From positions 120,528,001 through 120,592,000 of the forward strand of contig NC_042997.1 in the NCBI RefSeq assembly GCF_006345805.1: DNA of 64,000 nt, given 5' to 3'. Below the pieces are notes generated by a model. That model saw only the letters and a program-made list of their open reading frames with translations. It had not been told where the DNA came from and made no database searches. The position numbers were made by a program, and so were the translations under genes. Positions within the stretch are counted from its first letter, which is position 1. Each line of letters starts with the position of its first letter. Of the stretch, positions 26,267 to 37,599 are shown one piece after another. This stretch comes from Octopus sinensis (Eukaryota).

Positions 26267-26955
26267 TGAGTGTATTTTACCTTGTTAACAATTAACACGG
26301 ATAAATGAATGAATAGTTACCAGGGCAGCAAAATCTCACAAGTAAAGATGTTGTAACTCCTTGTTTATAAAGGTTGAAACTTCGTGTTTACGTTGAATAT
26401 TTGAATAATAGGAATAAAAAATGGAGTCAACGCAGGTTTAAACAAGTATTTTTTCTTTCTACATATGTTTCCAAAATTCCACTGATACTTATTCAAAAGA
26501 ATAAAAGGTATAAACAATGCAATCTTCTCTTCGGGAAAGTGAAAAAACGAAACTTGTCAATACAACATTTTAGCAAAAAATGATGGATTCGTATAGCGAT
26601 AGACAGAACGCTATTAATATTGTTTAAAAAAACGTTATATGATATAATGTCATAAGTAGCTAACAGAAAGAGTAGGGATATTAATAGTGAATGTTAAATA
26701 TAAAGGAAATTAAAGTCTAAACTATATATAATGATAGAGACTACTTATATGCACTAAAAGTATGCTTTTGCCAATGCTTACATCTGTATGCTCGTTCTAT
26801 AACCGTGTTTACTAGAGTATTTTTAGAAAAAATAATGAAAAATAGCTCAGAATTGCAGAGAAGACAGAATTTCTTGCCTTTGTCATATGGTATCGAAATT
26901 GAGAGGATCAACCATTCCAAATGAAATTGTTCATTGTGGTCTTTTAAATTCCAAA
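26265..26955 (-). mobile_element. PLE 3' fragment (GIY-YIG C-terminus plus 3' region), same broad type as the 16.4-18.3 kb element
   Basis: IWNLKD...LEWLILS..IPY...KFCLLCNSE...VN..IER..RCKH. Both ends lie at (TA)n. Confidence 0.8.
26455..26539 (-). ncRNA. Type-I hammerhead ribozyme motif (CCGAAGA core variant)
   Basis: Minus strand reads ctttc-CCGAAGA-gaagatt...aattttg-GAAA-CATATGTA-gaaag. Stem III is the palindrome ACATATGT and the cleavage triplet is GUA. Confidence 0.72.
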
Positions 26956-26969
26956 TATATATATATATA

Positions 26970-27544
26970 TAGACAACAAATTCGAATTTCAAAATAGAAA
27001 ATTACCCTTACACAAGTGATTTTACATGTTAGAAATAGCAGCCAACACGGCCAAAAACTACAATTTTTATAGCAAGTTTCGAAGTAAATGAAAAATAAAA
27101 ACCTTTACCTTGTTATATAACGGTTATACCATAGTTTCAGATTTCTTTAGCAAATAATATTGCTTGCCATCTTTTAATAGATTAATTAGCAAGACCATAT
27201 TATCTACCAGGCGAATCCTCGTCAGTAACCGGCCTAAACAACTAACTTATAATTCAGAGACAAGGTAACACGTGACCCATCATTATATGCTATAATTTTT
27301 CAAATATCGCGCGCAGGCGCATTCACATTCAGTAATGGATACAATGCCGAGCAGAAACTTCGAGAATGCTAAGAATATATTCATAAGGTACATATATATA
27401 GGGTGGCGAATACTCGTTATAAATATCACCACTAGTGACCTAGCATGTATAAAAAGTCAATAGACAACAAATTCGTATTTCAAAATAGAAAATTACCCTT
27501 AAACAGGTAATTTTACATGCTAGAAATAGTAGCCAACACGGCCA
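26970..27544 (-). mobile_element. Non-coding retrozyme-like/pseudo-LTR element with 84-bp terminal direct repeats
   Basis: 26970-27053 matches 27461-27544 (period 491). It has an internal HHR and TA-repeat flanks. Confidence 0.78.
27121..27231 (-). ncRNA. Type-I hammerhead ribozyme, near-canonical
   Basis: Minus strand reads cggtta-CTGACGA-ggatt...aatct-GAAA-CTATGGTA-taaccg, with a perfect 6-bp stem I and a GUA cleavage site. Confidence 0.85.
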
Positions 27545-27559
27545 TATATAAAGATTTTT

Positions 27560-27785
27560 TAAGCGAGGAAAGGCTGTGCACTGAGTCAATCCGATTCACT
27601 AAGCAACAGCAGCAATAATCCGAAAAGAAGAACAAGTCAACATCATCGTAACCGCTGATCCGCAGGTTTTAGTCGTAGTTATCCCAGTTACCTGAGTTAC
27701 CTTCTCCTAGAAGGATGCCCTAACAAAGGTTAGAAGTCCACTCCCAATGGTTTAACTACGCGATCGGGTATTCAGTCCGATTATT
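27560..27785 (-). mobile_element. Non-coding repeat with an RTE 5'UTR-like motif
   Basis: Minus strand ggacttctaacctttgttagggcatccttctaggagaaggtaactc. Confidence 0.45.
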
Positions 27786-27900
27786 TCTATGTCCCCGCGC
27801 ATTTATACATACATACACATATATTTATGTGTGAGTGTGCGTGTATGTGTGTGTGTTTGTGTCTGTGTGTTTGTGTCTGTGTACGTAAATATATGTATAT

Positions 27901-27977
<77 letters not shown>

Positions 27978-28078
27978 CCACAGCCTTAAGGCTGATACGT
28001 ATAATAGAGTAAAATAATGTGCGTATAATAGAGTAAAATAATGTGCGTTTTACGTATGAACGAACTAAATGACATATA

Positions 28079-28590
28079 TTCGCGCTTTCATATGAACCAT
28101 TAGGATATCGAAAAGTTCCCTTTGATTAATTTTTGTTTTTTTTCCGAATAGATCCTTTACTGAAGAACAATACCTTACATGCATGCATAATGAGACGAAT
28201 TTCTTGCCCATGTACGGTTATAAATAAATGTACAATCACTACTGCATTATGCAAGAGCGGTTCAGATATTCATTTGTGGAATTCCACAGCATCGAATGAT
28301 GTGAATTTCGCTTTCTTTTTATTGGAGACATATTTGAACCAAGATATCACCGAGAAGCTGTTACTCCGCATCAACAAATCTGACGATTCATGACTATGCA
28401 ATTAATCTTTCTTGAAATTTTATTTGTTTCTTGTCTTAGATTGGTTGCCATATAATTCATTGCTACCGTGCTATTCATAATGCACGCAGGTAAGGCATTG
28501 TTATTTAGTAACGGATTTGTTTGAACCCCCCCCCCCGATAACCAAAGTGAATTATTCGATTTCTTAATGGGTTCATATGATAGCACGTAT
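28079..28590. mobile_element. MITE with ~110-bp imperfect terminal inverted repeats (Tc1/mariner-like, TA flanks)
   Basis: cgcgctttcatatgaaccattagg...aacaataccttacatgcatgcataatga pairs with tcataatgcacgcaggtaaggcattgtt...taatgggttcatatgatagcacg. Confidence 0.75.
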
Positions 28591-28599
28591 ATATGACAT

Positions 28600-28900
28600 T
28601 TAGCATCGTCCCCCATAGGTCCGACACCGAGGTGTGGCGGGCCTATAGGGGAAGATGCTACTGTTGTGATAGTCACAGCCTAGCTGGTGATTGTCACACG
28701 CTGTTGACGGATTACTATCCAGAAACCTGGGTCCCTATGTATCCCGTAAGGTTAGAGATGGGAAGGCTAATCGGAAACAGACAGTGTATCGTTAACCAGC
28801 TGGAGGAGATATCTTCCTAGGGCTATAAACAAGAATAGCATCACCCTCTATGTGTCCGCCACATTCAGGTAGCAAATATACATCACAATTCCGTACTGTT
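28600..28900 (+). mobile_element. Diverged copy of the 332-nt HHR (retrozyme-like) family with a 5' fold-back
   Basis: CTGTTGA-cggat..atcca-GAAACCTGGGTC at 28701-28733. Downstream sequence aligns to 32886-33070, and there is a hairpin at 28600-28660. Confidence 0.65.
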
Positions 28901-28904
28901 ACAC

Positions 28905-29275
28905 GGGTGTAGATGTGGGTGGGGTGGGGGAACGGCTGTACATGTGGGTAGAGTGGGGCCACAGGTGTAGATGAGGGTGTGTGGAAGGAAGGTGGTAGAT
29001 TGTTATCCGTGAAGAGAGGAAGTATGAGTCAGATGACGAGAGAAAGTAAGTGTCAGATGCAGAGAGGAAGGGGTCAAATAAAGAGAGAATGTCCGAACAC
29101 AGGCAGATGTTCTAGTGAATGACCATAGAGCGAAAATGGTATGAGACGAGGTTTCATAGCCGAGTCTTATGTCACAGAGGTGCTCCGCAAACCGGTCATC
29201 CAAGCAGCATCCCGTTTGACCAATGCACAGAGAAAGACAAAAAGAGCAGTAGATACAGAAGATGACGTTACCGGA
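28905..29275 (-). mobile_element. PLE GIY-YIG fragment
   Basis: Minus frame GNVIFCIYCSFCLSLCIGQTGCCLDDRFAEHLCDIR. Confidence 0.75.
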
Positions 29276-29448
29276 TTGAGTCTGAGCCCTTGTTCAAAGA
29301 TTCGGAGATGATATCTAGCCTGCGGTCTCGGCCAAACTGCTTGTCATGTTCCTTCTTACTATCCACGACTTCACAAATTTAGCCCAAGCAACCTGCGTCG
29401 TTGGCAGACGAGAATCTTCTAATACAATTGTAAGAACGGTTAGAGTAT

Positions 29449-29480
29449 GAAATTTCGACGTACTACGTCTCTTCAGTGGC
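29449..29480 (-). ncRNA. Hammerhead core motif (stem I not evident)
   Basis: Minus strand CTGAAGA-gacgt-agt-acgtc-GAAATTTC. Confidence 0.5.
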
Positions 29481-29799
29481 AGCTGTCCACTCGCCACATA
29501 CACGCCATCTATGTTCGCTCTACGAACACCAAATGCATAATTTGATCAAAATAGATATGAACAGCAAGTCAGTCACGAGTAACATATATCAAGTAATCTT
29601 TTATACTTAATATTTTATTTGTGGTGAATAATGCATACGAAAGTTTAATTGAAACTGAAAAATATTTACTGTCATTCATGATTGCCAAACGAAAATCTTT
29701 TGAATATATATACATGTGTTTATATATGTACGCCTTTCTATCATTCGCTCTCCATCTCCCCCTCTCTCTCTCTCTGTACATATATGCATATACATGTGT

Positions 29800-29868
29800 G
29801 TGTACGTATGTATGTATATATATATATATGTATATATATGTATGTATATATATATGTATGTATATATA

Positions 29869-29949
<81 letters not shown>

Positions 29950-29954
29950 GTATA

Positions 29955-30004
<50 letters not shown>

Positions 30005-30014
30005 ATATATATAT
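29800..30014. repeat. (TA)n/(TATG)n microsatellite
   Basis: Directly visible. Confidence 0.95.
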
Positions 30015-30394
30015 CATGATATGAAAATTAGTTTATTGAAAACAGTAAAGATAATATAATTCACAACGTAAAGCAAAATGATTGGCATTAAAAATTTTTC
30101 AATTGCAATTCTGCAATTGATGACATTCTCTATAGATTTAGGTTAAGTAGTCAATAAATATGTATTCGTAACTTCATTCGTCATCAAGCAGGTATCAATA
30201 ATTTCATATGTCGCTAGCACGAATTATTAAGAAAACATGGGAAAACGTAGGAGGGCTTTTGATATATGTATTACGTATATACATATATAGGAAATTAATG
30301 AATTAAATACGCAATACATCAGAGTGTATGTGATTGTATACAGAAACACACATACACACACACACTCACCAATGCGTATTTATATATATATATT

Positions 30395-30580
30395 CGCTTA
30401 CTTGTTTCTGTCATTTGACTGCGGCCATGCTAGAGCGCCGCCTTTGTTCGAAATAGTAGAGTTATTTTCGTAAGCCCAGTACTTATTCTATCGGTCGCTT
30501 TTGCCGAACCGCGAAGTGACGGGGATGTAAATAGAACAACATCGGTTGTCAAGCTATAGTGAGAAGACAAAGACAGACAC
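30395..30580 (-). mobile_element. 3' half of a CORE-like SINE
   Basis: cttgtttctgtcatttgactgcggccatgctagagcgccgcc matches the reverse complement of the 57.1-kb SINE tail. Confidence 0.8.
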
Positions 30581-30624
30581 ACAAATACACACACACAAAC
30601 ACACACACATATATATTACAGTCC

Positions 30625-30800
30625 AAAAAGAAGAACAAACACAAAAACAACAACAACGCGAGGACGTTGTACATGTAGAATATTAGCAGACGCTCCGGGA
30701 AGGTAAGAAAGATGATTTAACGTTTCGAGCATCGTTCTTCTTCAGAAAGAGAGGAAAGTCCAATAGAAAGGAAGAGGGAGGACCAAACGCCAATGATTGA
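30625..30800 (-). mobile_element. PLE pseudo-LTR fragment containing a minimal HHR (30716-30749)
   Basis: Minus strand CTGAAGA-agaacgatgctc-GAAACGTT, with palindromic ACGT stem III. Related to the 25460-25560 PLE tail. Confidence 0.6.
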
Positions 30801-30866
30801 CATATGAATACATATATATATACCTATCCATCTATCAATCTATCTATATCTATATCTATCTATCTA

Positions 30867-30919
<53 letters not shown>

Positions 30920-30963
30920 GTATGTGTGTGTATGTGTATGTGTGCGTGCGTATATATATATAT

Positions 30964-30964
<1 letters not shown>

Positions 30965-31047
<83 letters not shown>
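30965..31047. repeat. (GATA)n microsatellite
   Basis: Directly visible. Confidence 0.97.
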
Positions 31048-31048
<1 letters not shown>

Positions 31049-31087
31049 CATAGATATATATAGAGATATATACATAGATATAGATAT

Positions 31088-31629
31088 AAGAAATAATTGA
31101 GATTCAGTTGAACTAGGTACTTAGGTTGAAGCACCAAGTCAGTCCGATATTATTCGCACAACTCGAAGGGAATATAATAAAAATAAGCAATAGAATATCA
31201 AGTCATGATGCACTACGACCGTTTCAAGCGGGTCCATTTAACTGAACAATGCAATCATTACATCAATTCAAATGCAGGGCTATCATCAGCTGCACAAATA
31301 AATATAGTTTTAATCAGTCGGACACATTAATATAATTTTACTGAAATGTTCTAAGAGAGCAAGTATGTGGAAGAAATCCTTGTTGTCGGTATAATAGCTA
31401 AGAATATACTACACTTCCAAGAAATGCATGATCATTTTGATCGTTGGGATCATAGCTTGTAAAAGATTATGATTCATTTGTAATTTATTAGTATTTTAGC
31501 AACTACTAAATCTGAAGGACAAGTGTGAGTTGACAGCGCATTGCTAGGTATGGTCATAAATATTGCCATTTCTTGATATCCTGTTACTTATAAATATTGT
31601 CATTTCTTGATATTCTGTTGCTTATTTTG

Positions 31630-31673
<44 letters not shown>

Positions 31674-31722
31674 TCAAAATAAGCAACAGAATATCAAGAA
31701 ATGACAATATTTATAAGTAACA
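31088..31722 (-). mobile_element. Non-coding pseudo-LTR-like element with an HHR and a terminal palindrome
   Basis: Its left end is homologous to 23628-23740. It carries an HHR at 31208-31295 and a perfect 53-bp inverted repeat (31582-31634 / 31670-31722) around (TA)n. Confidence 0.6.
31208..31295 (-). ncRNA. Type-I hammerhead ribozyme motif
   Basis: Minus strand gtgcag-CTGATGA-tagc...gctt-GAAA-CGGTCGTA-gtgcat. Confidence 0.62.
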
Positions 31723-31727
31723 TGATA

Positions 31728-31798
<71 letters not shown>

Positions 31799-32444
31799 TG
31801 TGTGTGTGTGTATGTGTGTGTTTGTGTGTGTGCATGTATATGTGTGTATAACTATAAGTTAGACATGTTTCTGCCAAAGATGAGCGTAAATAATATTTTA
31901 CATACGTACATACATGCAAACAGACAGACACAGTCGGACAGACAAACAGAGATACATATATACTGACATGGATGCATATAATGAATGACGATTCTTATGT
32001 TCAGATACACAATTATATTATCTATTTGGTTTTACTCTCAAAATAGCAATATAAAACGATACGAAATCACGTTTGGAGAAAGCAAAAAACCGCGCTATAT
32101 ATAAGTACGTGGTAGATTTGGTCGTCATTCTTGAGACACGTTCTGGAAAATTGAATGGGAAGATGGTTGAAATGGATTAATGGCCTGTTTGGTTCGTCAG
32201 TGCAGCCTGCGTAATATATATCCACATTATATATCCACATACTCAAATATAGCGCTATCTTGTGATTATTGCTATTAAACTTAGTGGAACCAGATAGTAA
32301 TGTTTATATGCCAACAGAATGTGGCAGTCCTATGAAGGGCGATGTTTCTGTTGTTTTAGCCCCAGGAAAACATCTTTCCCAGCTGCCTATCGACACACAA
32401 CTTGTCTTTGTATAACATGTGCATGGGAGGTGATTGCTCCCATA

Positions 32445-32488
32445 CTCACAGACCTAGGTTTCTGAATGTTATCCCTTATCACTGTGAG
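32445..32488 (-). ncRNA. HHR copy (core mutated to GTGATAA)
   Basis: Minus strand ctcaca-GTGATAA-gggataacattca-GAAACCTAGGTC-tgtgag. Confidence 0.7.
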
Positions 32489-32846
32489 ACAACCACCATC
32501 TATTAATGAAAGCTCTATTCACTGAATTGAGATGACATCCAGAGACCTAGGTCTGTGAGTATCACGGAAGGCTAGAGATGGGAGTGATGACCTCCACTGC
32601 AAATGCTATACAACTGGAAAAGATCGTTTCTTTGAACTAAAAAAAGAGTACCATCGTCATTTATAGGATTGTCACATTCTGTTAGCATATAAACATTACA
32701 ATTCGGTAATGTTACTGTATTTCTCTCGCTCAGAGATTTATAAAAATTTGTTTTTCTCGATACGAGATCAGCGACTGTGTGTGTCGCTTAAAAGAATATA
32801 TAGTATTTGCAAGTGGAGAAAGCTTTCGTTACTAGCTTGTGGTTGT

Positions 32847-32891
32847 CTCACACTGAGGACGGATAACAATATTGAAAACTAGGACTGTGAG
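32847..32891 (+). ncRNA. HHR copy (intact CTGAGGA core, stem III mutated)
   Basis: ctcaca-CTGAGGA-cggataacaatatt-GAAAACTAGGAC-tgtgag, with a perfect 6-bp stem I. Confidence 0.72.
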
Positions 32892-33319
32892 TATCACGTA
32901 AGGCTAGAAATGGGAGCGATGACTTCCCTTACAAATCCTATACGGACAAAAACTGTCTGTTGACAGCCAGCTGGTATAGATGCTTTTTTTTCTGGGGCTA
33001 AAACAACAGTAACATCGTCCGTTATAGGACTGCTACATTGTGTTGGCTATAAACATTACTATCCGGTACTTTTACTGTATTTCCCTCGCTCAGAGATTTT
33101 AAGCATGTTGTTTTTCTCTATTAGTGGAACCAGTTTAAGTTTAATTGAATCAAGCATTGCTTGTTGAAACCTTAGTTTCAGATATTGCTATAAACATATT
33201 TTAATGCTTTAAGCCAGTAATTGTTATTGAAATCGATTCATCCTAAAATTATCAGAGAAAGCTTTTTCTAACACACACACGCACACAGACGCGTGTACAG
33301 ACATACATAGATATATTTG

Positions 33320-33520
33320 AGAATGTGGGTAAAAGAAAATATGGGTTGGGAGTCAGTTAGTTATGATTTTATTAAAAACATTCCCCTCTCAGTTTAAAAC
33401 AACACTTGCAGTGGTCTGTCAGGTTTTTTACATCATGTAAATGAACTTGGAAGATCGAGCATCTCACCGGGACTTTCGTGATAGCCTTAAAGCCTGAACC
33501 CTTTTAGCACTTCCTCTGTA
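33320..33520. mobile_element. Mariner-derived non-autonomous fragment (one terminus)
   Basis: Ends gaacccttttagcacttcctctgta, resembling mariner TIRs of the tacgagggg..ctgaaaag type. Confidence 0.45.
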
Positions 33521-34139
33521 TATATTAGGTACAAACTTATCTATTATATCATTATTTAAAAGAGAATAGCTGAAAGCTACTTCGTAATTCTGTTGTATAG
33601 CAGAAGCAACCTGTTGAGACTCAGAGAAGTTTCCAGCACCAACTATAATTTATAGCCTATATGTGACATATTTGACATGTATTTCTTTAGAAAGCAGTGT
33701 TCCTGCATTTACATTTTTATGTACTCGTCAGTATACGCTGGGCATAATTTAGAAATAATCCATAATCTAACCTCGCAGCTTATTCCCAAGTGTGACTGTT
33801 AAATGAGAAAAAAATGTCATCTCCTTTTAATCTATCACGATGAACATCGGATTTCTTTTTTGCATTCAGATTTGTTTTTCTTATCCCATTACTACTCTGT
33901 TATTTGTAGATTTTTTTCTTAATGTAATCCCTTTTCCGCTCAGTCAACATATTCAGTGTATCAAAACAGATGCAACAAGATATATTTTATTACCACACCG
34001 AATTTTGCCTTTATATTCCTTCTTCTACAAGTAATTTTGAGATTAAAAAAATGGATCGCCAAATAGCATAATCTTTGAAACAACTGACAAACCATTTTTT
34101 ATAAAAATATCACCGTAATGAAAATATGTATTTCAAATT

Positions 34140-34285
34140 TTGGCAGAAGGCCTGCGGTTTCTGGAATAGGGTAGGTCGATTAGATCGACCCAAGTGTTCA
34201 TCTGTTAAGTATTTTATGCACCGCGAAAGGTTGAAGGGCAAACTCAATCACGGCGGAATTTGAACTCAAAATATGAAGACGGACT
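34140..34285 (-). mobile_element. Decayed SINE fragment (47.3-kb family)
   Basis: gtcgattagatcgaccc...gaagggcaaactc..ggcggaatttgaactca. Confidence 0.6.
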
Positions 34286-34525
34286 AACTGTGAGTTTATC
34301 CGTATTCAATACGGATAAACTCACACCCTCATTTTTATCTTCACTTTCTGGAAAACTACGATGTTTTCGAAAAACTTTTTAATAACCTGATATATGACTG
34401 TGTAATACGAATTGAACTCTCTGAAACCAATATGTTATCTAAATTCTCATTTTTATAGAATTTTCCATGATGTTTCACGAGTGTAACATTACCCCCTTTG
34501 ATGTTTGGGGATCTCGGATGTTTTT

Positions 34526-34610
34526 TCGGCTTATGAGTACGAGCCACCTATATTTACTGCAACTTTTGTAGCTTTATTAAAGATGTCCTCGTACGAAACA
34601 ATTGTACCGA
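34526..34610 (+). ncRNA. Type-I hammerhead ribozyme motif (one core mismatch, CTTATGA) in a pseudo-LTR-like segment (34291-34642)
   Basis: tcgg-CTTATGA-gtacgag...ctcgtac-GAAA-CAATTGTA-ccga, with a perfect 7-bp stem II and the palindrome ACAATTGT. Confidence 0.8.
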
Positions 34611-34639
34611 TATATTGATCCATTCTTGTTGCTTTTTTC

Positions 34640-35189
<550 letters not shown>

Positions 35190-37599
35190 ATATATATCTG
35201 TGTGTGTGTATATGAGTTTGTGTGTGTGTATATGTGAGTGCGTTTGTGTGTGTGTATACACGCACACATAAAAAGAGGGAGTGGGAGAGAGAGGGAGGGA
35301 GAGGGATAGAAATAAAAAAAATATATGTTGGTAGATAACTTAATAAATAAATAGATATAATAATGTTGCGTTTGTAGGTAGATCTTTACCTATATATGTA
35401 TATATATGTGTGTGTGTGTGCGTATGTATATGAATGTATAGATATATATATATATATTTGTATCTCTCTGTATGTCTATCTATATGTATAGGTATATATT
35501 CATATATACATATATATATATGCAAATATCCGTATGTGTCAGTGTGCATGTTTCTGCATACGTACGCATTTGTGCATACCTATGAGTGTGAATGCATATG
35601 TGTGTGGATATATGCATTCGTATAGAAAGAAGTCTGGGCATGTGTATTAGGAAACACTTTGCACATCATATAACTACAATGTGTATATCTTAGTTCAGAG
35701 ACATATTCATACTTCTGAAAAATTCTTTTCTTTCGTTATATATTACCAATTTGCATATATCCAATTTACATTCATTTAATCCAATGTAGTTATTAATACG
35801 AGCAGAAATAGAACATAAAATACATCTATGTACAACTTCTGTTTAATTTCAATGTTTTCAGTCATCTGATTAGTATAATTTGAATGCATTTCGAATATAT
35901 TATTAATATTTTGCATACACTAGATGTTTTTGGCATGTCATTGTTTATCGAATAACATACACAGTCTCAGATTAAAAAATTTAGAATGATATTTATTTTT
36001 TATTCTTTTCGTTAAAATAAATTATCTTTTTGACAAACAAAAATGTATTCTTTACTTTAACTTCAGAATCTTACTGAAAATATCAATGTTGTTAATGTTT
36101 ACTTGTATGTTTTCCTCTCCTTTGGAGAATACGTCTGTTAACATGGTTATTTCAGCTTATTGTACACATTTATATACACTGAGGCAGTATTTTTAATTCA
36201 TGATTTGTGTGAGTTGTGGCTTTTAACAAGTCGAGTGACAGCATACAGATTTGTACCTTTCTGAATAAGCAAGCTATTACAAACATTATAACATACTTTA
36301 TATGATAAGTGACAGACGTCGTTGTCAAAATAGAAGTTTTTTGCAGCTTTGTCTTTAAACATCAAACTAAGTCGACTTGAATCGATGAATCATATATATT
36401 TTCGCTTTGATAGTCTTTCATCTAATATGATTTACAAGCAATGAATTACTGATGATTGCTATTTTATAATATTTCATATTCAAGTGTTTTCTGCTAAAAG
36501 AAAAGTATTTCGTGATAAACGTCGCAATATATGATTAGCGGTTTTCCTATTCAGCTAAAATGGGAATCGTATGATGTATAGCCATGTACTGTTATGAAAG
36601 TTGTTTTGTCTCTTCTTGACTGAACATTTTGTTGCACCTTCCAGCAACTTGAGAAATCTGATCTTCCAAGACCTTGATGTGATCAAATTATGAGAACGAA
36701 GAATTAATTTAGTCGATGCAAACTGTGGAATCCCGCCAGTTGGAAAATTTCTACTCTCAGAATGCATAAATCATTGCCCTATTTAAAACCACCAGTTGAC
36801 CCTTGGAACGTCTTTGACGGAAACTACTCTGAGTAGTGCTCCTATCAGTGAGGTCTTGTGGATCCTTCTCTAAAACCTTAAAGCTCATTTACTTCTAACA
36901 AACTTTAAAACTGAAATTTATCTCTAGTAACGATGAAATGTTAGACTACTGTGTTACTGAATCCGGGTTCCAATAAATAAGAGGTAGAAAAGTTTCGTGT
37001 ATGTTTACAACAGTGTTAGTCGACGAATATGCAGCAATTAAAACAAATGATCAATCTACAATCTAATAAAGGGGATTCTACATTCTCGCTTTACATAGTG
37101 GATAAAAAAGGTAATCACAAAATCTTAGTTAAATTCTAATGTATAGTCTGGCAAAAAAGTTTAAACCCAATAGAGGGTATTGTAGATTTACTTCCCCAAA
37201 GAATGAGTGAGTATGGTTACGGGTTTATTTTATTGTTTTGTATTTGTTACAGTAGCTTCTGGATGACATATTGTCTGATAGACTGAAAGTATGTGAGGGT
37301 CTTTTGTGGATATAGCTTTTATCGTTTACCTATTTCAGTCATTATACTCTGACTATGATGGTGTACCGTATTGAAGAAGCTCTCTTTTGACGAACTGTTT
37401 TCCGGAATAAAAACACACCAACACCGCTTGCCAAGTTGTATGGGGAGGCAAACGCATATATAAGGCTGCACAAACACACACACAGACATATAGTTATATA
37501 TTGCATACATGGCACTGAAAGGAATACACAGATATACACGCAGAATAGTTGGTGGAGGTTCGTTCTTCATTAGTCTGCAACTGAGATTTTTGAGTTCGG

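Larger units (their letters stand above)
32281..33133 (+). mobile_element. Retrozyme-like tandem/inverted element, ~332-nt monomer with three HHR copies
   Basis: Tandem units start at 32554 and 32886, an inverted partial copy spans ~32290-32495, and the 13-bp direct repeat ttagtggaaccag lies at 32281 and 33121. Confidence 0.8.

Noticed and set aside
36560-37190. Possible Tc1-like transposase remnants (also ~20640-21200, 52200-52480, 54400-54780, 61450-61960)
   Set aside because: Too degenerate to confirm motifs or TIRs by eye; needs BLASTX.
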